A stretch of 64,000 nt of DNA, from positions 25,978,001-26,042,000 of the forward strand of contig NC_043020.1 of assembly GCF_006345805.1 (NCBI RefSeq), read 5' to 3'. The stretch's first letter is position 1, and each line of letters starts with the position of its first letter. The translations under genes were made by a program, and so were the position numbers. Positions 28,499 through 40,600 of this stretch are shown here, one piece after another. A model generated the notes under the pieces. That model did not search any database. It was given only the letters and a program-made list of their open reading frames with translations, and had not been told where the DNA came from. Source of the stretch: Octopus sinensis. Lineage: Eukaryota.

Positions 28499-29578
28499 TG
28501 ATCGCCCAATATTCTTATCTAAGAAATAACAGTTAAACTTTGTAGCACAAGACCAGCAAATTTCCCTTCAGTAAATCTGTTACACCGTTCTTAATGCTCC
28601 ACTGGTTCTAATTTTAACAATCCTGAATGAATGAATTGCAGAATTCTACACAGTAGGATTTGAACTCAGATTGTAAAGAACCAACGGCAAGAAATGCCAC
28701 TATTCACTTTGTTTGGTGCGATAAGAATTCTGCCAGCTCCCGGCCTTGCTGGACTAGCAAACAATAATAATAACTACTATGGATGCTAATCTGAAATTTT
28801 TAGACTGGGTTGTCGATTAAATCAACACCCAGTATTTGACATCCGCGGGAAAATGAAAGATAATTTTGAATTCGGAGTTTAAATCAGGCCGTGATTACCT
28901 ATATATTTCTGTGGTTGCCAAATATCGGGCTCGATTTATTCAACAAACGTTCATTCCAAATTTGGGGCTTCGTACTTATAGATAAAAACAACTATTATTA
29001 AACGACAGACTATGCTGATGATCTTGCAGATGTTATGTATTCATATACGTAAATTATTAACAAGTGAAACTAATTAGTACATAGGTAATCGTTTTTATAT
29101 GCATATTTTCATTTGGCTTGCTTATTTTTACGCTTTTAGATTTTTGCTGAATTTTTTCTTGGGAACACATTCTCCGTGGAAAATGGCGATTTTGACCTCC
29201 ATATCTAGCATACAGGCTGTCCACTTTTAGTGGTCAATCCTCTAAATTTTGTACGTAAAAAAATTTTTAATCTTCGGATTTTTTGAATATGCTAGGTCAC
29301 TGATTTTTAATTAATTAATATCAATTTCTACCCGTATTTCATTATACATATATATATATACGACGGTTTTCTTTCAATTTCCGTTTACCATATACGCTCA
29401 AATGGCATTGGTCTACTCGAGACCCTATCAGAAGAAACTTCTCCAAGGTTCCACGCGTTGGAGCTGAACTCGGAAACTTGTAGTTAGGAATCAAGCTTCT
29501 TACGACACAACGCTGCACCTGTGTATATATATGTGTGTGTTTGTGTGTGTGTATCTGCGTGTTTGTATCTGTTATATA

Positions 29579-29611
<33 letters not shown>

Positions 29612-29784
29612 ATATGTATAAACATATGTATATATATATATGTGTACATATATGTATACATACATACTTAGATATATATGTTATATATATATATAGAGAG
29701 ATACATTCGTACATACACATAAATATCTGCATGTATGTATATGTATATTTATGTATATACGTATATATATATTATATATATATA

Positions 29785-29817
<33 letters not shown>

Positions 29818-30564
29818 CGACGGGCTTTTTTCAGTTCCTGTCAAGCAACTCCACTCACGAGCTTGCTCCGTTAGAAGGTAGAGTAGATGTCACTAGCTCA
29901 ATTCTCCACTCAGCATCTTTGAACCGAAGATCATATCTTTGAGAGACAAGCATCTCAATCCACGATCACATCTGCCCCTACAAATCTATGAGGGATGATA
30001 AAATGAGGTTAAAAGGATTACAATGATCAGGTTTTAATGTAAATGTTTTCATAAGGAATATTCTATGTACAGAAATTTTATATGTTACACATAAATATAA
30101 AAAGGTAAAAAAACTTCCCAGCAAAAGAATACGTTAAAACGAAGTTACTATTAACCCATCATTTCCAATAAAAATAAAATTATTCATTGGCTGCGATTTT
30201 TTTTTTCCATTTCTTCTTTCTTTCATTCAATATTCCGGGAAATTTTTCACGTGATAACTTGATATATTATCGACTTGTGATTTGGGAATATCTGCGAGCA
30301 AACGGCTTTTACAATGTGCGAATCTGCCAAAATACGCAACACAACTGAAATAATATAGCGTCGTTTTTTTGTTTGTGTCTGAGAAGCAACGTGTGTTTGT
30401 ATTGGTTGTTAAATATAGCAGCTAAATTTTCCTCAAACCACGTTCTCCTGTCTTAAGATCATTCTTCGCACACTTATTTATGAACAAATGCGACACGGTA
30501 GGAAGGCTTTTTACGATGTCTCAGAATACAACTGTCAGAAATAACAGATGCCACAAAATCAAAA

Positions 30565-30925
30565 CTACTACTACTACTACTACAACCATATTTGTGATGA
30601 TACATCTATTACAATTACAATTACAACAACTACTACTACTATATCAACTACTAATACTACTACTATTGCTACTAGTACTACTACACCTACTACAACTACT
30701 ATTACTACATGTATAACAACAGCTACTACTACAACTATTACTACTACTACTACAACTACCACTACAACTACAACTTCTACTACTACAACTACTATTACTA
30801 CACCTACTACAACCACATCAGCAACAACTACTTCTACAACAACTGCTACTACTACTTCTACGTAAAGACAGACGAAATACTGCTAACTACTACTACCACA
30901 ACCACCACCACCACCACCACCACCG
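30565..30925. repeat. (ACT/ACA/ACC)n compound trinucleotide repeat
   Basis: Directly visible. Confidence 0.95.
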
Positions 30926-33364
30926 CCGCTACCAAAATATTTTCTTCCCTTTCAGTGATTCCCATCCTCTAACATAGGTAGTCGAAGTAATACTATGCGA
31001 AGAAAAATAAATATAGAAGGCGACGGTCATAGATGGAATGGCTTTCGTTACACATCAGCTCCATCAGATCTGGACTGGAGCCAAACATATCTTTCTTACT
31101 CCCTTACTGTAGTTCTCTCTAAGGCTGGAGAAGAAATGCCTGTCGCAAAGTGTGTTTCGTAAAAGATGGAAGTATATAGCAAGTATGTTGCGAGTGAAAG
31201 AACCTGTTTAATGGAGAATGTAAAAAAGGAGAAAGCAAAGTCTTCAGTGTGAGTATGTGGTTTGTGGGGTCAACCGCGTCCTCCGCTTCATTTTTTGTTA
31301 CTCACTCATTCTCATTTAATTGTATATATTTTAATTGTTTTTTTATTCATACGTTTCGTCTCATTCGATACCCTGACCCCAACGTTTGTTTTGTCCCCTC
31401 TTTTTCTCAACCTTATGGTGAATAAAGAAATACTTTTTCTCTCTCTCTCTGCGCATTGCAAAGCTTTTTGGAACGGTTGTTGTTAAATACAAACAATCTT
31501 CAGAACCCGTTTAATTTTTGACCCTAAAATGATGCAATGCAAACTGAACTGAACCAGGAATTGAACTTCAACCGTAAACATAAATAAACATTGAGATTCA
31601 CGTAGGCAGTAGCCCCAACATCCAGCGTTTCATTGCAATACAAGAAAAAATTAATAAGAAAATACGTTGACTGCTTGCCTCTATGTGTCTGCATATTGCG
31701 GCCATTGTTTTGCCTGTATGTGAAGGAAAGAGAGTGTGGTTTCTTAACATAGTGTGTAAGGGGCGTATTTCTTTGAAGCACATTTCCAATCTCTTTCTAT
31801 TTCTTTATTTGTTATAATTCTGGTTTTGATTATTTTCATTTTCGCCAAAACAAAATTTCAATATTATCAAATATGAAAAATAAAAATTATTGCATCTTTA
31901 AATTATTCTTTCTTTGTTCGGTGATTTTCGCAAATGTTGTTATAGAGTTGGGAAGGGAAGCCGAGATTAAATAGTTGAATACCGCAGATAAAACAGGAAG
32001 CCAGGAAACCGTCGAACTATTACAACGATAGAAAGAAATTCAACGAAAGGATCTGAAACTAAATTTTCACTTTAAAGAACAAACGTGGAAAAAAAAATAG
32101 CTGTCAATTACGGCGGCTCGGTGACAATACGAACCGATATGAGCACATTTTAGTCACGACCCGAGTTGTGATCAACTCAAAGTTAAGTCTCTATTAACAA
32201 GCCTTAATATGTTGACAGATGCTTCAATGAAGTCCACTGCGACACTAAAAGCTTGTTCACTAATAAAATAATATTTTTTCATTTGGTTATTTTGCTATAA
32301 ATTTATTTCTGTCTGAAACCGTTTTGAATTTCAATTTATTTATTTCTTTATTGTCATTTTTATTATCATTATCATTTTTTTATTTATTTTAAATTCTAAA
32401 GCATTGCTCACAAGTTGAAATAATTATTTAAAGTTTCGACTGTAATATCATTTTAATTGCAGGTTTTATATTTTTGCTGTATTGAAAGAATTAATATTCC
32501 CAAGCCATCTGGTGGTGAGTCGTTAAGTAGGAATAATGCTTCATGTAAAATGATTTTAAATTCGTCGCGGCTAGAAAATTAAAAGTTTCCAGTTTTCCCC
32601 TCATTTACACTACATTTCATTAAAATAGGAAAATGGAAACTAGATTCCTAAACCAAAGACCAAACACCATGGACCAAAGAAGTCTTCGTGAAAGCCTCTA
32701 CATTGTCGCTCTAACAATAAGAAATTGAAACCAAATCCTCTTTCCCCTGCTCTACAAAACCAGCGCCCTTTCGAAGCGGATTTAGTAGAACGTGGAGGTT
32801 AATGCTGAAAATATTATTTTTATAAAGGCGGCGAGCTGGCACAATCATTAGCACGCCGGGCGAAATGCTTAGCGGCATTTGGTCTGCCGCTACGTTCTCA
32901 GTTCAAATTCCGCCAGTGCTCTCCTGGTACTAATTTCATCAATCCCCAAAAAGATAAACGGCAAAGTCGACCTTGATGAAATTTGAACTCAAAACGTAAG
33001 GACGGAAGAAATACCGCTAAGTATTTGAGAAAGATTTAGCTGCAATTTCTTACACGCTCAGCGATTAAACTGTAACATCCTTGTACCCCACAAAGGTACA
33101 AAGAATGTGAGAAAGATTTAGCTGCTATTTCTAAGACGCTCAGCAATTAGACAGAAACCCCCTCATACAGTTTATTTCTTCTTGACAGGGCTTTAAATTA
33201 AATATGGAAACGCTTAAATGTCTGCGCATGTAGATTTGTGTTTCTGTTTGTTTTACTATGTACACGTGTTCGTAAGTGTTCTCTTCTTTTTACCATAGAC
33301 CTTTAATAATCCAACATGCGTTTGATCCAAAGCTTTCCAAACCCATAAAATATTCATATATATA

Positions 33365-33597
33365 TTTCTTTACTATCTACAAGGCGCTAAACACAGAGGG
33401 AACAAACAAGGACAGACAAATGGATTAAGTCGATTACACCGACTCCAGTGCGTAACTGGTATTTAATTTATCGACCCCAAAAGGATGAAAGGCAAAGTCG
33501 ACCTCGGCGGAATTTGAACCCAGAACGTAACGGCAGAACAAAATACGGCTACGCATTTCGCCCAGCGTGCTAACGATTCTACCAGTTCGCCGCCTTA
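33365..33597 (-). mobile_element. Family A SINE monomer
   Basis: Reverse complement of head plus body, ending CCAGTTCGCCGCCTT. Further fragments at 32825-33026 and 59976-60061. Confidence 0.85.
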
Positions 33598-34304
33598 TAT
33601 AAGATTCATATACGGTTCGTCTAGCGTTACTGTCTCGAAAGTAGGTACCCTGCTGTCAGTACGTTTTCAGGGTATAATTTGAGCGAGAACCATCTGGTCG
33701 CCATATCTAATCATGCTTAACAGTTCCATAAAGCGTACCCTGATAAATGAACCACCACTGCAGCAACAGTTTTTAAAAAAATCATTTTTCTGCTAAATAC
33801 TTGTGTTTGCTACATTTTACCATTTCCATAGAGTTTTACACCTGTTGATATTTCTTGTTGTTTATGAAATTTAAATTTTCATCAATATGCTTGCACTCGC
33901 TTAAACTATTCATCATGGAGTGTGAATTTTTAAGATGCAGATCAATGGAATCTGCACAGCATGTTGTTAGTTTAATTCAACTCCAGAATTTTTTTTTATA
34001 TTTTATTCATCTATTTCATTTTACCGTGTAATATTTGTTACTGGTTCTCGATTTGAGTTGTACGCTATTTCCAGATTTCTTTCACTTTCGCTTCTCTTTC
34101 TCACTCTTTCCTTCACTGTCTCTGCCTCTCTCTCTCTCTCTTTCTCTCTCTCACTCTCTCTTCCATTTACTCACTCACACACAAAGCTACTCCTACACGC
34201 AGACACACACACGCGCACGCACATAGAAGCATACACGCTTTCGCGGTGTCTTGGCCTCCCGTTCTGCTCGCTCTCGTTGAAAGCTCAATAGTTATATATG
34301 CACA

Positions 34305-34389
<85 letters not shown>

Positions 34390-34518
34390 TGTGTGTGGGT
34401 TGCGAGCGTGTGCATGTGTGGAAAAGACAGAAAAAACAGAGACAGAGAGATAGAGAAGGGGAAGTTAGAAGTACATATATCCCTATATATGTATATGTAT
34501 GTATATATGTGTGCATGT

Positions 34519-34596
<78 letters not shown>

Positions 34597-35353
34597 GTAT
34601 GTATATATATACCCACACAGACGAACAAACACACATGAAATACAAGAACTCTGATCAACATAAAATGGTAAGAGGAACGTCTGAGACCAAATCAATTGTC
34701 TTTTATCGATTTCTCATTTCTTTGGGGTTGAATTTGTGTGAACTTTTCTTTTTTCTTTTTGAAGTTGGTGGAGGTGTTCAGATGAAGGGGATTTTTCTTA
34801 AAGATTTTTATCCTATTTCATATCATTGTTAAAGCACAGAACTCGGAGGGAGATGATTTCTTTAAAATGTTTTTTTTATAAAGAAATATTTTTGTAATTT
34901 TTCATCTGAAAAGATTCTTGTTTTGTAAAGAGTGCAAAAAAATATTTCCATCTTTAGAACGCCAACTCAATTTAATTATCAATATTTCTGTGCGGTTAAG
35001 AAATAAATTTCACTTCGATGTTCGTTCGGTTCAGTACAATAAAGCAGCATCAAGGGGCCTGTTTGGCATGGTTTCTACAGAGTCATTCCAAGTTTTCCCC
35101 TGACTCATTCGTGGAAACAAGTAGACGTTGGTATATGGCGGAAGTGCCTTACGCATATATATATAAAGGGAAAGTTTACGAAAATAAACAAAAGACGAAG
35201 GCAGGTGGAGTACAAACAAACAAATGTATTAGTATAGCGCTCAGGAATAGAAAAAGTCTTTTACGTTTCGAGCCTATGCTCTTCGACAGAAAGATACACA
35301 GAAAAAAACTAGGAGAGAAAAAAATGCGTGTAGTAGCTAACGATCTATCATGG

Positions 35354-35444
<91 letters not shown>

Positions 35445-35784
35445 CTTGCTTAGAGAAGAAGAAACGAACGAAACGAATCGAATCGAATCGACGCGAAGGT
35501 GCTCAGTCATACTATAGTGTAATAAATAAAATATATGCATACACACATATATGTACGTACCTACATCTACATGTATATATACATGCATATATAAATATAT
35601 ATACGTGAGTACAGGACACCACAAATAGACGTACAACTCAACGAGAAACGTAAAAACAAGCATGGAACGGACCTTTTTTTAACAACGAAAAAACAGAGTA
35701 CAAGACAAACTCCAGCGTGTTTCGAACTAGGGACAGCTGATGAAGGGGATTTTTCCTTGTGTAGTTTGTCTTGTACTTTGTCTC

Positions 35785-35824
<40 letters not shown>

Positions 35825-36035
35825 ACTCTGTCTTCCACTCTGTCTTCTCTCACTCTGTCTTCCACACAAAGATACTCCTACACGCAGACACACACACACA
35901 CACACGCACGCACACAGAAGCACACACGCTTTCTTGGTGCCTTGGCCTCCCGTTCTACTCGCTCTCGTTGAAAGCTCAATAATCATATATGCATATATAT
36001 ATATATGTGTGTGTGTATGTGTGTGTGTGTGTGTG

Positions 36036-36068
<33 letters not shown>

Positions 36069-36295
36069 TGTGTGTGGGTGGTTGAGTTGGTTGCTTGGGT
36101 TGTTGTGGGTGTGCGTGCGTGTGAATGTGTGGAAAAGGCAGAAAATCAGAGACAGAGAGATAGAGAAATAGGAGTTAGAAGTACATATATACCTATATAT
36201 ATATGTATGTATGTATATATATATATATACGCATATATATATATATATATTATATATATATATATACATATATATATATCTATATATATATATAT

Positions 36296-36328
<33 letters not shown>

Positions 36329-36849
36329 CTATGTATGTATGTATATATATATATACATATATATATATCTATGTATGTATGTATATATATATATGTACCC
36401 ACACAGACGAACAGAGACACATATGAAATACAAGAACTCTGATCAACATAAAATGGTAAGAGGAACGTCTGAGACCAAATCATTTGTCTTTTTTACGTTT
36501 TCGTCTCTCGTTGAGTTCCACGTCTATTTGTGGTGTCCTGTACTCACGTATATATATTTATATATGCATGTATATATACATGTAGATGTAGGTACGTACA
36601 TATATGTATGTATGTATGCATATATTTTATTTATTACACTATATATATATATACGCATATATATATATATATATATGCGTAAGGCACTTATATATATAGT
36701 AAATATATATATATATAGTAAAATTTATTTTCCAGTATGATATGGTAGTCCTATACAAGGATGATCTGAAAAAGAGTCTTGTTTTGTGAAAAATGAACGC
36801 CAACTCGATTTAATTATCAATTTTTCTGCCCCTTAGGAACCTCTGTGAA

Positions 36850-37210
36850 TAAGTCGAAGGACTTTTGGAATAATATTCATTTTCTGACGCGAATACAATC
36901 AACTAGTTTAGGTCAGATGCAATGAAACGAGTTTGGCGACGACCAGATGAAGATAATAGCGACAAATGCATCGTACCTACCGTGAAACACGGTGGTGGAA
37001 GGTTTATGTTTTGGGGATGCATGTGTGCGGCTGGTGTGAAGGAGAACATATTTATTGAGAGTAAAATAAACAATGATATATATCGTTGCCATAATGTCGT
37101 AAGTCATTGCTATTATGTCGTAAGTCCTAAACGTTGTTTTTTCAGAAATCGACAAAAGTAGATTCACCATTCTGTAGCAAAACCGTGGTGCTACACTTTG
37201 GCAATATTTG
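36850..37210 (+). mobile_element. Tc1-family transposase fragment (DDE domain start), internally deleted
   Basis: DFWNNI..SD (frameshifted), then KRVWRRPDEDNSDKCIVPTVKHGGGRFMFWGCMCAAGV. PTVKHGGG...WGC is diagnostic of Tc1. Confidence 0.85.
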
Positions 37211-37266
37211 GACATACGACACTTTAACACCATAGTAACGATATAAATATATATATATATATATTA

Positions 37267-37308
<42 letters not shown>

Positions 37309-37309
<1 letters not shown>

Positions 37310-37681
37310 ATTAATCAATATAGGGTGCCAAAAAATTTTGTAGAATTTTTTTTGCCACCAGCGGCCTAGTGGGAAAAAATTAAATAGTCATAGACCATTT
37401 TTAAGTTTAACATCACAATCAAGGAACGGCCATAATAGGCCATTCACCCACTAGAAATAACAGCCAATGCTTCAACCGCAAAATAACATCAATTCCGTAA
37501 ACCAGGAGAAAATTAAAAAACATTTACACTGTAATTTCTTATACGATGCACCGTTTCATCTACTGTTTAATGGTAAACTAACCTGATTAAATTAAATCAA
37601 GCCAATCTTCCATAGGCCCTTAGAATCATCAGTAAGAAATAGCCAAGTCGGAACAGATATTTTCACGAGGCATTTCCGTCC
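37309..37681 (-). repeat. Inverted partial copy (~370 bp) of the 488-bp array unit
   Basis: Reverse complement of the unit from GGACGGAAATGCC through CCCTATATTGATTAATT. Joins the forward array through a shared TCCC (CATTTCCGTCCC|ACTAGG). Confidence 0.95.
37534..37640 (-). ncRNA. Antisense hammerhead ribozyme motif in the inverted unit
   Basis: Plus strand ATTTCTTA-TAC-GATGCACCG-TTTC...TCATCAG-TAAGAAAT is the reverse complement of the array hammerhead. Predicted cut at 37542/37541. Confidence 0.75.
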
Positions 37682-40600
37682 CACTAGGCCGCTGGTGGCA
37701 AAAAAAAATTCTACAAAATTTTTTGCCACCCTATATTGATTAATTATGAATTTTCTGGTTAATTCCGTAATGGAATCGGCGGCTTATATTTATTTGCTGC
37801 CGATAAATTTGGCGCGAGTGCGATGATTTGAAAATTTTAGGTCAGATATTGCCGAGGCAGGGACGGAAATGCCTCGTGAAAATATCTGTTCCGACTTGGC
37901 TATTTCTTACTGATGATTCTAAGGGCCTATGGAAGATTGGCTTGATTTAATTTAATCAGGTTAGTTTACCATTAACAGTAGATGAAACGGTGCATCGTAT
38001 AAGAAATTACAGGGTAAATGTTTTTTAATTTTCTCCTGGTTTACGGAATTGATGTTATTTTGCGGTTGAAGCATTGGCTGTTATTTCTAGTGGGTGAATG
38101 GCCTATTATGGCCGTTCCTTGATTGTGATGTTGAACTTAAAAATGGTCTATGACTATTTAATTTTTTCCCACTAGGCCGCTGGTGGCAAAAAAAAATTCT
38201 ACAAAATTTTTTGCCACCCTATATTGATTAATTATGAATTTTCTGGTTAATCCGTAATGGAATCGGCGGCTTATATTTATTTGCTGCCGATAAATTTGGC
38301 GCGAGTGCGATGATTTGAAATTTAGGTCAGATATTGCCGAGGCAGGGACGGAAATGCCTCGTGAAAATATCTGTTCCGACTTGGCTATTTCTTACTGATG
38401 ATTCTAAGGGCCTATGGAAGATTGGCTTGATTAATTTAATCAGGTTAGTTTACCATTAAACAGTAGATGAAACGGTGCATCGTATAAGAAATTACAGGGT
38501 AAATGTTTTTTAATTTTCCCCTGGTTTACGGAATTGATGTTATTTTGCGGTTGAAGCATTGGCTGTTATTTCTAGTGGGTGAATGGCCTATTATGGCCGT
38601 TCCTTGATTTTGATGTTGAACTTAAAAATGGTCTATGACTATTTAATTTTTTCCCACTAGGCCGCTGGTGGCAAAAAAAAATTGTACAAAATTTTTTGCC
38701 ACCCTATATTGATTAATTATGAATTTTCTGGTTAATTCCGTAATGGAATCGGCGGCTTATATTTATTTGCTGCCGATAAATTTGGCGCGAGTGCGATGAT
38801 TTGAAAATTTTAGGTCAGATATTGCCGAGGCAGGGACGGAATGCCTCGTGAAAATATCTGTTCCGACTTGGCTATTTCTTACTGATGATTCTAAGGGCCT
38901 ATGGAAGATTGGCTTGATTTAATTTAATCAGGTTAGTTTACCATTAAACAGTAGATGAAACGGTGCATCGTATAAGAAATTACAGGGTAAATGTTTTTTA
39001 ATTTTCTCCTGGTTTACGGAATTGATGTTATTTTGCGGTTGAAGCATTGGCTGTTATTTCTAGTGGGTGAATGGCCTATTATGGCCGTTCCTTGATTGTG
39101 ATGTTGAACTTAAAAATGGTCTATGACTATTTAATTTTTTCCCACTAGGCCGCTGGTGGCAAAAAAAATTCTACAAAATTTTTTGCCACCCTATATTGAT
39201 TAATTATGAATTTTCTGGTTAATTCCGTAATGGAATCGGCGGCTTATATTTATTTGCTGCCGATAAATTTGGCGGCGAGTGCGATGATTTGAAAATTTTA
39301 GGTCAGATATTGCCGAGGCAGGGACGGAAATGCCTCGTGAAAATATCTGTTCCGACTTGCTATTTCTTACTGATGATTCTAAGGGCCTATGGAAGATTGG
39401 CTTGATTTAATTTAATCAGGTTAGTTTACCATTAAACAGTAGATGAAACGGTGCATCGTATAAGAAATTACAGGGTAAATGTTTTTTAATTTTCCCCTGT
39501 TTACGGAATTGATGTTATTTTGCGGTTGAAGCATTGTGTTATTTTCTAGTGGGTGAATGGCCTATTATGGCCGTTCCTTGATTTTGATGTTGAACTTAAA
39601 AATGGTCTATGACTATTTAATTTTTTCCCACTAGGCCGCTGGTGGCAAAAAAAATTCTACAAAATTTTTTGCCACCCTATATTGATTAATTATGAATTTT
39701 CTGGTTAATTCCGTAATGGAATCGGCGGCTTATATTTATTTGCTGCCGATAAATTGGCGCGAGTGCGATGATTTGAAAATTTTAGGTCAGATATTGCCGA
39801 GGCAGGGACGGAAATGCCTCGTGAAAATATCTGTTCCGACTTGGCTATTTCTTACTGATGATTCTAAGGGCCTATGGAAGATTGGCTTGATTTAATTTAA
39901 TCAGGTTAGTTTACCATTAAACAGTAGATGAAACGGTGCATCGTATAAGAAATTACAGGGTAAATGTTTTTTAATTTTCCCCTGGTTTACGGAATTGATG
40001 TTATTTTGCGGTTGAAGCATTGGCTGTTATTTTAGTGGGTGAATGGCCTATTATGGCCGTGCTTGATTGTGATGTTGAACTTAAAAATGGTCTATGACTA
40101 TTTAATTTTTTCCCACTAGGCCGCTGGTGGCAAAAAAAATTCTACAAAATTTTTTGCCACCCTATATTGATTAATTATGAATTTTCTGGTTAATTCCGTA
40201 ATGGAATCGGCGCTATTTATTTGCTGCCGATAAATTTGGCGCGAGTGCGATGATTTCAAAATTTTAGGTCAGATATTGCCGAGGCAGGGACGGAAATGCC
40301 TCGTGAAAATATCTGTTCCGACTTGGCTATTTCTTACTGATGATTCTAAGGGCCTATGGAAGATTGGCTTGATTTAATTTAATCAGGTTAGTTTACCATT
40401 AAACAGTAGATGAAATGGTTGCATCGTATAAGAAATTACAGGGTAAATGTTTTTTAATTTTCCCCTGGTTTACGGAATGATTGTTTTTTTGCGGTTGAAG
40501 CATTGGCTGTTATTTCTAGTGGGTGAATGGCCTATTATGGCCGTTCCTTGATTTTGATGTTGAACTTAAAAATGGTCTATGACTATTTAATTTTTTCCCA

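Noticed and set aside
35737-35743. Other CTGATGA hits (35737, ~29016, ~44555, ~48766 and reverse ~9035)
   Set aside because: None has a paired stem II followed by GAAA and a UH with a matching stem I.
37810-37835. Possible Pol III A-box (TGGCGCGAGTG) in the unit
   Set aside because: Poor spacing, no convincing B-box, and several T6 runs in the unit would terminate Pol III. The promoter remains unknown.
37910-37916. CTGATGA read as a snoRNA box C
   Set aside because: It is preceded by C rather than a purine, has no suitably placed box D terminal stem, and the hammerhead stems explain the context fully.
39692-39895. 67-aa ORF within array unit 5
   Set aside because: It is open only because of a unit-specific deletion and is frameshifted in the other units.
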